Below are positions 36,380-48,604 of a stretch of DNA of 64,000 nt, in pieces. The stretch is taken from the NCBI RefSeq assembly GCF_006345805.1, contig NC_043004.1, positions 40,920,001 to 40,984,000 of the forward strand. Direction: 5' to 3'. The notes beneath the pieces were generated by a model. It was not told where the DNA came from, did no database searches, and worked only from the letters and a program-made list of their open reading frames with translations. Positions within the stretch are counted from its first letter, which is position 1. Every line of letters begins with the position of its first letter. The DNA comes from Octopus sinensis. Taxonomy: Eukaryota. A program made the position numbers and the translations under genes.

Positions 36380-36625
36380 ATCTGATTGTTCTCAAGCTTC
36401 AATACTGTGTGTGTGTGTATGTATGTATGTATATGTATGTATGTATGTGTGTGTGTATGTGTGTGTGTGTATGTATGTATGTGTGTGTATGTGTGTGTGT
36501 ATGTATGTGTGTGTGTATGTATGTGTGTGTGTATGTATGTGTGTGTGTATGTATGTGTGTATGTATGTGTGTATGTATGTATGTGTGTATGTATGTATGT
36601 ATGTATGTATGTATGAGTGTATGTT
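36380..36625. repeat. (TG)n/(TGTA)n microsatellite
   Basis: Direct reading. Confidence 0.95.
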
Positions 36626-36803
36626 TACTTTATTACTAACACAAGCCACTATGGTTATTTAATGTAAAGTCTTCCTCAAATCACTCTCTCTGGCTATTTA
36701 CTCTCTTCCAAGAACATTTTCACTCACTCTTATGTGTTAGCTTCCCATACATTTTACTCATGTATCTATCAGCGTGATAGACAGAAACAAATATTACATC
36801 TAG

Positions 36804-37069
36804 TTTCACTTTATTCGTCGCACACTGTGTGTGTGCGTTTGCGTGTGTTGTAAACCAGACTAAGAAAAGCATTTGACACACACACCAGAATGTGAGTTTT
36901 CTGTAAATTTTGCTTAATTGGAGTTTAAATTTTAAAAAGTGGACCTGGCATGATGCGATGCATTCTACTCTTAAAAATGCTAGGTAAATTGTAATTGAAG
37001 AAATCCTATATTGTAGATTTCTATAACTCCCAAAGGGAGGCAGATAAAATCTGCCTTTTATAATAAGAG
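36804..37069 (+). mobile_element. ~265-bp repeat, copy 2
   Basis: Near-identical to 34629-34894. Confidence 0.7.
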
Positions 37070-38501
37070 ATAGAGTAATCTGAATGCTAAAGAGCTAATA
37101 AAATGTAATATGAGGGACATTTGGCTGCTATGTAAAGATTCTTTCAATGTCTCACAAAGGAGATAGTAATAAAAGGAAGTGTGAAAATGGAGATAACAAG
37201 TGAAAGCTTTGTCCAAAAGTTTCTGGGGTATTAATATATACAGAGGTATTAACTGAAATGCCCTACTTCTGTACATAGAAACATAGCTAATGGTCTAAAC
37301 AAAAGTACCACTCCTAGAGGTATGACTATCAACCTGAACAGCCATGTCACCCATTGTAATACACAGCTGTCACCCAATATCTCTCTGCGGTATCAGTACA
37401 GACCTCAGCAGTTGTGTTATGCACAGAAGCATGACTACACCCTAACAATTGTGCAACTCAAAATAATATTTGATTTGAAGCATGGCTGCATGATTAACAA
37501 GCTTTATCCCAACCATCTAATATGAGGTGTGGCTGTAAGGCAAGACGTTTGCTTTCCAACCTCATGTTTTTGGGGTTCACCCACATTGCATGGCACCTCA
37601 AGTAAGTGTCTTTTACTATAGCCCTGGGTCAATCAAAGCTTTGTGAGTGAATCTGGTGGATAGAAACTGAAAGAAGCCCATTGTTCAGAAGTGTGTGTGT
37701 GTATGTGTGCATGCATGTGTATGTATGTGTGTGTGTGTGTGCATGCATGTGTATGTATGTGCGTGTGTGTGTGTATCTGTGTGTGTCTGTGCCCTTGTCA
37801 AGACATGTAAAGGAGCGTTGTTGTCATTATAAGTGTTGTTGGTTCATTTCCAGTCTTCCATGAAAAAAAAGCATCTAAGGGTGAAAATATTACCTTTCTT
37901 GGAAACAGGTGATAGTTGGCAACAGGAAGAGCACTCAGCCGTAAAAAAATCTGTCACAACAAATTCCATGCGATCCATGCAAGCATGGAAAAGTGGATGC
38001 TAAATTATGATGATGATGATAGAGGAAGGACCAGCCAAACAGTGACTGAAGTATAAGAGTATACTTCAAACAAATTCCATGAGTAGCATGCTAGTATCAA
38101 AAGACCATTTGAAGAATGTGGCGTTCAGTTTGAGAAATTATCAGATTCATCATCATCGTTTAGCGTCTGCTTTCCATGCTGACATGGGTTGGACGGTTCA
38201 ACTGGGGTCTGGGAAGCCAGAAGGCTGCACCAGGCCCCGTCCGATCTGGCAATGTTTCTACGGCTGGATGCCCTTCCTAATGCCAACCACTCCGTGAGTG
38301 TAGTGGGTGCTTTTTACGTGCCTAGTAGCATAATGGTTTAAGCCTAACATGGATTATTTCTTTGTAAGAAGTCAGCCCATGAGACATGGTACATCGTCAA
38401 GCAGACCATACTACTAAAAAAATTCAAGGTAATTTTTTGTGAAGCATGCCATTTAGAAAGTCCTGCAGTCTGCAATTTGCCTGTGACCGACCTAAGCTAA
38501 C

Positions 38502-38585
38502 CAAAAAGGAGGTAATCGCTTTTGTGAATTTCTTTTCTTGGGATGTGTAATGTCTGTGTTTTGATGCTGGTTCCCTGACATAAAA
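38502..38585 (-). CDS. Candidate 84-nt exon of an unidentified host gene
   Basis: Pyrimidine-rich acceptor CTTTTTCATCTCTGTCAG and GTTAGC donor. Two open frames, one starting MSGNQHQNTDITHPKKRNSQKRLPPF. No homolog recognised. Confidence 0.25.
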
Positions 38586-39645
38586 CTGACAGAGATGAAA
38601 AAGCACTCCGAAGTTTTTTTGGTTTTTTTTTCCCCTTTTATGCAAGATCATTCCAGCAGCATGAAAATGTCATGATAGAGATAAGTAGTTCATTCCGAAG
38701 CCAAAATATAGGACTCAACATGTCAGATTCATTCATCATTTATTACAATATCTGACTGCCTCCTATTACATAAATCACCGTGTGACAATGCTAAACATAA
38801 AACAGAGAATTCAAATTGCTTTTTGTTTCTGCCCAAGTTGTCAAGCAAAATAGAACACTAAAACAATGGCATCTCTGGATATATTTAAACTATTCAGTGT
38901 AGTTAAATATTGATTCAATCTGAAGTAAAAGAAATGTTTTCGAAATAGGTGGTGCAAGCATGGCTGTGTGGTTAAGACATTTGCTTTGCAACTAACTAGA
39001 GCTGGGTTCAATCCCACTATGCAGCACTTTGGATAAGTGTCTTCTATCCTAGCTCAGGTTACCACTACCTTGTAAATGAAATTTGAAAGAAGGAAACTGT
39101 ATGATAGACCATCATAAACATGCTCTTTATACCACATGTGTGTTATTAAGGCATCCAGTTGTAAAAACAACACCTCAAGCAATATGAAAAATCTTTTAAT
39201 TTATTAAAACCAACCTGAGAAGCATACCTATAAATATGTTAGTAACGAACTTCAAGAATGACAACTTAACATCAGGAAGATAGTAGCATTTCAAATCACA
39301 AAAGCTGCACCATTGCAATTGATGGAGTGTCATTTCTGATTTGATTTCTGGGTGAAAAAATGCACACAATAACCACCTAGAGAGTAAATCGAATGATACA
39401 GAGAGGTGCCACACCCAATAGCAGTGTCAGTGTCAACTGCTACAAAATAAAGGAGATACCTAAGAGAAAGAAGTTATAGCAGCATGAAACCGTTGGTTCA
39501 AGCTATAAAGGTTACAGCACAAGTTATCTGAAGTAGAGTAAACCTAAACGAGAAATAGTTTTGGCAGAAGTACCACAGATATACAATTTTCCTAGTGAGA
39601 CAACTGCAAATTGAAACACTTGACTAGGACTATTCCTAACATCCA

Positions 39646-39873
39646 TTAACCCTTTTGTTACTGTATTTATTTTGAGATTCTCTGTGTTTCTTTCGATTAC
39701 TTTAAATAAAACAAAGAATTTAGTAAAATAACTTAGTTATCATTCAGCTAGTGTTAGGAACATAAATTGTGACTAAGGTTTGGTGGAAAATTTTAATTCA
39801 AAACTTATGAAAACAAGACATTTGTATTCAGAGCCAGAGCCGGTTTCAGCTGGGTTGGTAACGAAAGGGTTAA
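39646..39873. mobile_element. piggyBac-type MITE, family A
   Basis: TTAA TSD on both sides, CCCTTT/AAAGGG termini. Confidence 0.85.
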
Positions 39874-39929
39874 CTAGGAGAAAGTCTTTGACAGAATGCC
39901 ATGCTCAGCAATTTTGTGGTCACTTAGGA

Positions 39930-40190
39930 AACTTGATGGGCAAATGGCTTGTAAGGACTGTACAAGCTATGTACAACGATGCATTAAATAAAGCGAAAGC
40001 CAAGGAATTCAGCAACAGATTTAGAATGAAGGGAGGAGACAAAACTCCTATTCATCGAAGTCTGACAAGCCTTTATAAAGGATTTAAGACCAGCTGCCCA
40101 AGGAAACCTCTGTATTCTGATTATATAGTCTGCTTAGTTGAATCTAGAGTAGATTGAAGAAATTTCGGGCATAAAAGCTAAACCTGGAAT
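39930..40190 (+). pseudogene. Decayed RTE reverse-transcriptase fragment
   Basis: KWLVRTVQAMYNDA..FKTSCPRKPLYSD, a degenerate version of the WLVRAVQAMY..GCPWELLYADD region. Confidence 0.6.
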
Positions 40191-41039
40191 CAAGAGCAAA
40201 GACTAATGTATAAGTAGGAAAGATGGAAAGATCCCAGTACTGTCAGGAAAATGGCTGTATTTAACGATGACAGTGACATGTAAAAAGCACCAACTGATCG
40301 TGACCATTTGCCAGCCTCCTCTGGCACCTGTGCTGGTAGCACATAAAAAGCACCCACCACACTCACGGAGTGGTTGGCGTTAGGAAGGGCATCCAGCTGT
40401 AGAAACACTGCCAGATCAGACTGGAGCAGCCTCCTGGCTTCCCAGGTGCCCGTCGAACCATCCAACCCATGCTAGCATGGAAAACAGACGTTAAACGATG
40501 ATGATGATGATGAAAGAAGCATAAACTCCATATGTTGAATTCAATGTAAGCTAGTGATACACAAGAGATGGAATAGAATTACAAGCAGGCTAACTGAGGT
40601 GAGCTTGATATGGAACAGATGCTCTGGAGCAATATGTACTATGAGCACACTGTAACAGATTCTCTCAAAGGCCCAGGTGACTCACAAGTAGAAGTCAATA
40701 GCTTCTGTTATAAAGGAGTTACAAATTAGCAAAGGACATAATTGCACAAAAAGTATGGTAGCTAGGTTTAAGTGCAAGCTGGGAAAAGCTTAGCAGCTAT
40801 TACTACACCATCGCTCGACTCAGTTGCCATTTGGTAATTGTGGCACATCCTCTAGAGCAGTGCTACTCAAAGTGATGGTCTGCAAACCGGTGCTGGCCCA
40901 CGAGCCATCAGCTGCTGGTACACGGCGAGTTTCCAGAAAAGAAAGAAACATTGTAAAATGCTTATGTAATATTGTATTATTTGTTTACAAAATAAATATA
41001 AGATAAAAAAAAAATTATCAACTTTTATTATATTCATTA

Positions 41040-41407
41040 TATATATTACGGAGATGTACTTGCATAGCGAGTGACTTGATCTGAGATCGTATGCTGGAAC
41101 GAAAATAATTGCAGCATGGAAGGTGTTTATAAGCAATTTAAGAAACACACAAAACGTTAGATTCACTTCAACATTTAAATTTAATTTCATCATCATCATC
41201 ATCGTCGTTTAGTGTCTGCTTTTCATGCTAGCATGGGTTGGACGGTTCAACTGGGGTCTGGGAAGCCAGAAGGCTGCACCAGGCCCAGTCTGATCTGGCA
41301 ATGTTTCTACGGCTGGATGCCCTTCCTAACGCCAACCACTCCATTTGTCAAAATATTTTCGTCACTTTGAGACCGCGACCTGTTCACTGACAAAACTTCG
41401 TGCTGCA
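41040..41407 (-). mobile_element. Hammerhead-bearing pLTR-like repeat split by an RTE-tail insert (41188-41343)
   Basis: Colinear with 33438-33620. The insert is (CAT)n-tailed with an ATTT microduplication. Confidence 0.75.
41344..41394 (-). ncRNA. Minimal type-I hammerhead ribozyme motif, G3:C8 variant (best-preserved copy)
   Basis: TTTGTCA-GTGAACA-G-GTCGC-GGTCTCAAA-GTGAC-GAA-AATATT-T-TGACAAA. Stem I 7 bp perfect, stem II 5 bp with one G.U. Confidence 0.75.
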
Positions 41408-41902
41408 TCAATTATATATATTGTATATTATATATATTATATATATTTTTCCGGTATAAATAAATATTACTAAGAAATATTACCTGTCCCTGGCACATTG
41501 GGCAAGAAAAACTGCCAATGTACCACATCAGTTAGTTTGAGAAGCACTGCTCTAGAAGCAAAGATAATATTAATAAATCAAAAATGTATGTTGTATGATA
41601 TACCTGATATACCAGTATTTGTTTATGTTGCTCATGTACTCAATAAGATTCGTCTGTCACAGCAGAATTGATAGCGGTGCTGGTACCATGTAAAACGCAC
41701 CCAGTATACTCTGTGGAGTGGTTGACATTAGATAAGTAAGTCATCCAGCTGTAGAAATCACACTAGAAATGACAATAGAGCCTCATGCGGCCCCTGGCCT
41801 TCACAGCTCCCGTCAAACCATCTAACCCATGCCAGCATGGAAAACGGACGTTAAATGATGGTGATGATGATATACATACCATTTCTCTTAACTTTTTTTT
41901 TG

Positions 41903-42297
41903 GGATCTTTTCGGTTTGAACGGCAGTTTTTCTAGCGGTGCCATATGAAATTGTCACCCATAATTATGACCCTAGTATCGATCTATTGCATTTCAATCCG
42001 TTTTAGGGTTAGCGGGTGGGGAAGGGTATCTTTTTTTCTTCACAAATGTCAATAAACCCAATCTTAAACGAAGGACATATTCATACGGCACATAATGTTG
42101 TTTACCTCAATAGACGTCATTGATTGGTTGAAATTGCAGAAAAAAAACAACAAATATCTTACAAACTATAGAATTTTCTCAATAAAGCCAAGAGAAAAAG
42201 ATGTTTTATAAACACATTCTACCAGTATACGAAGTTTAAAATTTTTTAGTTACCTAGAAATTATGTTAAAAAACTGCCGTTCAAACCGAAAAGATCC
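41903..42297. mobile_element. GGATC MITE copy 8
   Basis: Both TIRs present. TSD obscured by poly-T. Confidence 0.9.
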
Positions 42298-43090
42298 ACT
42301 TTTTTTTTTACTGTTTAATTTATGCAAATTACCTCAGCCATATATATACGTGTTCTACTCAGTATAGTTCCTTGGCTACTAGAGATGGGGTACGATGATC
42401 GCCATGCTAATCAAACCTAATCAAAGCAGAAACAAGGGTAAACGGTATGTCTTGAGATATACTGTTATATCCTTTTTCCTTAATGGAGAATTCTTGAAGC
42501 AAGCTTTGGTCAGGCTGAGACTATAGAAGACATTGCTGAAGGTGCCACACAGTGAGACTGAACCTAAATTATGTCGTGGGGAAGCAAACTTTTTATCACA
42601 GTCACTTTTGTGCATCGCATGTAATGTATACACATATACCAACACATTTCTAGATCTTAAATAACCAGGAAGACATTTTCTAGATCTTAAATCATCACGA
42701 AGACATTCTCCTATTATTTTATTAACAGATACTTATCTTTTAAGTATAAACTTTTCTTAAACCTTCCCTTATAACTTTTTATATCTTAAACATACACACA
42801 CACCAACAGCAAGGAATCTCAACAGATGTATTTATTAGAATACATGTATGAAATACCAGGAAGCCTTCTAACAGCTGTATTGCCTTTCAAAATAATGATA
42901 AGTACTGTGTAGATCGAATTAGGATTGTACTAATTCCCTTTCTGTTGTATTCAAATGTTCGTTGTTTCAGTTTATTAAAAATGAAAATATAATTACAATT
43001 ACAAACATACTACACACTTCAAAGGCAAACGGGATATTTTTTATATTATATATGTATATATCAAAAAGTACTTTTTATGTTCCTAAAGGT

Positions 43091-43179
43091 AGGCGAAGGT
43101 AAAGAATATGCACACCCGGTGGTTAGGGTTTAAGGGTTACGCCGAAAACTGGTGGTGTGCGTATTCTTTACCTCAGCCT
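43091..43179. mobile_element. ~89-bp MITE, second copy
   Basis: 26-bp TIR AGGCGAAGGTAAAGAATATGCACACC (23/26 match) and internal GGTTAGGGTT. Confidence 0.75.
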
Positions 43180-45297
43180 TAAGGTATACATACTCATTTC
43201 AAATTTTGGCACAAGGAAAGTCAGCAATTTCGGGAGAGGGGGTAGGTAGATTATATCGACCCCAGTACCCAGCTGGTACTTATTTTAGCACCCCGGAAAG
43301 GATGAAAGGCAAAGTCGACCTCGGCGGAATTTTGAAGGCATACATATTAAAAGAAATGAGAGAAAGCAACTAAAAATGAAACGCCCCTGACCTTAATCAG
43401 TTTTAAATATTTTATATTTGCAAATTCTGAATGTAATGCGTAAAATAAAAATCGGAGAACCACATATTCCGAGAACGGCATAATTATAAAGTTAAATAAA
43501 CGTGTTAAAATATCTATGCTAAGTACTCTCAAACTTTATTAATAATCGATCTCATTAGTTCGTTGATCACACTTTCAGTCCGAGTTAAATTATTCAAAGA
43601 GAAACTTTAAAAGATCCTCATTCTACAAACCTTTTGCTATTGAAAAAAAAAAAGTCTGTGAGAAAATCAAATGAAAAAAGAAAAATGTCGGTTATTGTTG
43701 TTAATGTCAGCCTTGATTGAGCAGTTACAATCGAAGGCATTTAAGTCATAACGATCTTTGTCTTCCGTCCGCGCAGTTTCTTGAAGAGTCACTTAAGAAA
43801 AATTTGGCTGCTTTTTAAGGCCACGTTCCCTAGTTTAATTGTAGTTTTTTTTATATATAGTAAAGGGAGGGAGGGATGACTGCTATTTCGACCGGGTCAA
43901 ACGTCTACACACAAACTCCTTTCCTTGATCGTGGTTTCTGATTAATTGACTGCCAATTAACCGAGTCAAGCTTCCACGTACAGACACCTTCGCTTGATCC
44001 AGGTCAAACGACCACACAGAGGCTCCTTCGTTCGATCATAGCGTTTGATTAAAGGGAGATTTGGCTGCTATTTCAAACAGGTCACTAAACCGCATTAGAG
44101 GCTCTCTTGTTAGATCATGTGTGCCTATGTATATTTTGTAAGCAGTTAATTTGAAAATCTTTATTAAAATATTCTGAAAATAAGTGTGACGGTTTTAACT
44201 ATGAGGCAATACTAATGTATTATGAAGTTTCCATACATACATAAAAAGGACCTTTTTAAAATCATTATTATATATCTTCGCGACACTAACTTTTCCAACG
44301 AAGTCGGGAAAGTTAAAAATGACGATGACAACAAAGTTTGCTTAGTGTCTGAAGAGTAGGACAGACACTAACCTACATTGGAAATTTATCGCTATTTATA
44401 AAAACCTACATACATATGTACATTATTAGGAAAGGGAACTGCTTAGTTCTTCAGGTGAAATCTTCCAAAACAATTTAGATAATTTGTATACACAATTTTC
44501 ATGTATCATTTTCATAATGTAATTAATTAATTCTATAATATCATTAAAGCATGTGTATGTAAATGAGCGTAATTGCTTGATCCCTTCACCACATCAATCA
44601 CACAAGTCCTCCAACTAGCAGCGCACTGCCTGAAATTTTTAGCTGGGCTTTCTCCAAAGCAAAACCTACATACACTAGTTTATAATAAGAAGGTCATACA
44701 TTTGTTATTATAAGCTATACGTGTTTGCATGATAAAGAGTGTTTGCATATTAACTATATCTAAAATATGCAAATAAGAAGTTGCCGGAGTAGAGCAGTTA
44801 AAGAAGCGTAAAAAGAAAAAGTGCTGTAGAAAGAAAGAAAAATTTAATAAACAAAATAAACTTCCTGGTTAGTTTCATAATTAGCAGTGTACAATCTTGT
44901 TTGGAAACCTTTGATATAAAAATACAGAAAGACAGAAGAATTAAGAAATATACCCAAACTTCTAAAAGTTATGTTGATCAGTTACTACAATAAAGATACA
45001 AAAGTTTTTGTTTTTTTTATATATGTATATATACACATATATTATAATTTTACAATATATATATATTAATTACATATATTATAATTTTACAATATATATA
45101 ATAATTATATATATTATTCTTTAACGGTTAAACTAAACAATATATATAGATTAATTATATATATTATACTTTTTACAAGAGTGGTGACAGTGATTTTTAT
45201 CGGTCAACAGGCTGAAATTTAGAAGCCAAAGTATGATAAAATTTGTATTAACCAAAAGTAATTTTACTGTTTTTATTATAACTCGACATAAAAGAAA

Positions 45298-45353
<56 letters not shown>

Positions 45354-45799
45354 CCTTAGGAGATCTCAAAAATATAAAGTTTTTGGGGAGTTTTTTTTTG
45401 TTTTTTTGTCGATTGTGAATCATAAATTATAAAGTTTTTGTGAGCTAACAAAATAAAACTTACCTTAATTTATACTCCAATAAGTTTCTAAGTTAAGGAA
45501 TAACAAAGAGTTCCCGCTAACTTTTTAAAGTTGCTAAAATTATTGGTCTTCTTTAATTCCCTTAATGAAAATAGAATAGCTTTGGGTGAGATTCGGTAGT
45601 AAAGATATGCTGGTATTAAACGTCATCAAAATAATTGTAGGAGGTAAGACAAATCACAAATCACCCCACAATACATACACACGTTGATATGTATGTATCT
45701 GTTTATTTATGAGTACTTGTCAATGTGTGTGTGTGCGCGCACTATAGGTTGTATGTGGGGGTGTCATTGCTTGACAAGTTTGTGGCAGCAGTGGTGTTA

Positions 45800-46410
45800 A
45801 ATGGGAGGATGAGGAGATATGACCACTGGGGGGGAAGGCTAGAGTGGGAGAAAGAGAGAGAGAGAGAGAAGGTGAGATTTGCAGCCAAATAGAGAGGGGG
45901 ATGTAGAAGGGTGAAATAGCTTACATTGAGAAAGAAGAGGGAAGAGGAGACAAGAAGACAAATGAGGTGAGAGGTGGTGAGGTATATAGAGACAGCTGTA
46001 GAAGGGGAGGAGGGACATTGACATAGTTATAGAGCGGAGGGAAAGAAGGACAGAGGAACTTGAAGAGATTGGGAGGGGAGAGAGAAAGGAAAGAATTGAA
46101 TTGGAGAGAGACAGGGAAACGTATACAACAGAGACAGAGAGGGAGGAAGGGCTAGAAGAATAGACTCAAAGACGAAGAGAGAGAGAGAGAGAGAGGGGGG
46201 AAAGTAGTGGATTGTAAAGCGAGGGAAAGGAAAGACACAAAAATGTTGGAGAACAAAAGAAAAAAGAGGTCTGAATGAAATAAATATAACGAAATATAGA
46301 GAAAGTGTATGTGTGTGTGTGTGAGGAGATAAGAGAGGGCGTGCGATAAAAAAAAGTGAAGAAGGATGAGGAGATACATAAGAGGAATAGAGTAGAGAGG
46401 AAAATTTTTT
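45800..46410. repeat. Purine-rich (GA/GAA/GGA) low-complexity tract
   Basis: Direct reading. Confidence 0.85.
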
Positions 46411-46801
46411 TTTCTTGAAGTTCATTGTCTTTAATAAATTGACAAGCCGTTTCAATGGTCGAGAGCAAAAATGTCTTATGTTGGACTTCAAGTACATAGG
46501 CAATGCCAGTAGAATGTTGCAGCAACTAATGTTGTAATTTTAAAGAAAGGGTATATTCTTGGAATGCCCCCCCCCCGTTCATTATTCTATCATGTTCTGA
46601 TGGTCACAATTTCCACTTGTCCACTTATGGCTGTAAAGATATGTTTTATGTCTTTTCCCAGAAAATCATTTACATTTCTAAGAAACAAATATTGGTTTGT
46701 ATCCACTATGAAGCAATACAGAAAAGGACATATACGAAACGTGTGAGCCTCAAATTAACCCTGAATGAGTACACCAATTACCCAAAGGTGTTCCAGTCGT
46801 G

Positions 46802-47187
46802 GGATCTTTTCGGTTTGAACGGCAGTTTTTAACATAATTTCTAGGTAACTAAAAAATTTTAAACTTCGTATACTGGTAGAATGTGTTTAGAAAACATCTT
46901 TTTCTCTTGGCTTTATTGAGAAAATTCTATAGTTTGTAAGATATTTGTTGTTTTTCTGCAATTTCAACCAATCACTGACGTCTATTGAGGTAAAAAGAGC
47001 ATTCTGTGCCCTCGTTTAAGAAACAGATTGGGTTTATTTACATATGTGAAGAAAAAAAGATACCCTTCCCCCCACCCCTAACCCTAACCCTAAAACAGAT
47101 TGAAATGCAATAGATCGATACTAAGGTCATAATTATGGGTGACAATTTCATATGACACCGCTAGAAAAAACTGCCATTCAAAAATCC
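46802..47187. mobile_element. GGATC MITE copy 9
   Basis: 8-bp TSD CAGTCGTG. Confidence 0.9.
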
Positions 47188-47457
47188 CAGTCGTGATCAT
47201 CCTACCTTTTTGCTTTAATTTTCAAATGCTAATATCTAGGATCACATTATCCATGTTCTTTTTATCAGATGGTAGAATGTGGTTTGAGGGAGAACTTGCA
47301 GCTATTTCTTGAAACACATAAAGGTTCTTTAGCAAAAGTATTGTTTAACCCTTAAGCATTCAGATTGTTCTTTCAAATGTAATGCTTATTTATTTGTATT
47401 ATTTTTAATTAATCATGCATTATCTTGAAGATTTTAGATTTCAGTGATGTGTAGAAT

Positions 47458-47763
47458 TTGTTTGTTCCTTCTCGAGCCATGCCTGGCTCATAAGGGCCGG
47501 TTTCCCGGTTTCCTTGGCGTATAGGTTCCCCACCTGGACGGGACGCCGGTCCATCACAGGTGAGCTGCAAGATGCAGGAGGAAAGAGTGAGAGAAAGTTG
47601 TGGCGAAAGAGTCAGCAGAAGTTCACCATTACCTTCTGCTGGATCCGCGTGGAGCTTAGATGTTTCGGTCATAAACACACACATATCGCCCAGTCTGAGA
47701 TTTGAACCCATGATCCCTCGACCGTGAGTCTTCTGCTCTAACCACTGGGCTATGTGCCTCCAC
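47458..47763 (-). mobile_element. Full-length V-like OR SINE inside a piggyBac family B MITE
   Basis: 13-bp TSD TGATGTGTAGAAT at 47445-47457 and 47764-47776. Confidence 0.9.
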
Positions 47764-48317
47764 TGATGTGTAGAATGACAATTGTTGGGTATATGTGAGA
47801 GGCCAGATTTGGACAGTTTGATCATAGAACAGGTAAAATATTTGGACTGGATATGGCCAGGTTAAATGCTAACGAGTTAACGTCAGGCTGGCCTTGATCA
47901 AGCCAATCTATGAATCATTAGCATTCCATTTTGCAACCATCCAATTATTGGTGGATATTGGGATCCAGGACTACACTGAGTTCTTTGTCTTTTTTTTAAT
48001 TCCATACATATCTGAATGTTTGATAAAAATATAAATCAACTCCAGTACTTAACTGGTACATAATTTTATCAACCTGGAAGGATGAAAGACAAAGTTGAAC
48101 TCAGAAGGATTTGAAATAAGAACATTGAGAGTTGTAACTAAATACTGCTAGGTATTATGTACGGAACTTTAAAAGAGTTTGCCAATCTAGTGTTAAAGTC
48201 AGACATTTTCATTTGAAACACAGGTAGTAAAAGCAAAAGAACAATATTCTGCACCCTATGTAATCACATCTAGAGTCTCACAGGGATCTGTACTTAGACC
48301 CTTTTGTTGCATATTAC

Positions 48318-48604
48318 TCTTTTACTTGTTTCAGTCATTTGACTGTGGCCATGCTGGAGCACCGCCTTTAGTCGAACAAATCGACCACAGGACTTATTCT
48401 TTGTAAGCCTAATACTTATTCTATCGGTTTCTTTTGCCGAACCACTAAGTTACGGGGTTGTCAAGCGATGTTGGGAGGACAAACACAGACACACAAACAT
48501 ATACACACACATACGTATACACATTCTACCAGTATACGAAGTTTAGAATTTTTTAGTTACCTAGAAATTATGTTAAAAACTGCCGTTCAAACCAAAAAGA
48601 TCCT
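48318..48604. mobile_element. CORE-like SINE 3' half fused to a solo GGATC MITE end
   Basis: Junction at the ACACATTCTACC microhomology (about 48519). Only one TIR. Confidence 0.7.

Larger units (their letters stand above)
40858..41549. mobile_element. hAT (Charlie-like) MITE hosting nested inserts
   Basis: CAGTGCTACTCAAA / TTTGAGAAGCACTG TIR. TSD CTCTAGAG / CTCTAGAA (NTCTAGAN type). Confidence 0.8.

Noticed and set aside
46421-46530. Strong plus acceptor and open frames on both strands
   Set aside because: No convincing matching donor before a stop codon, and no recognisable protein.
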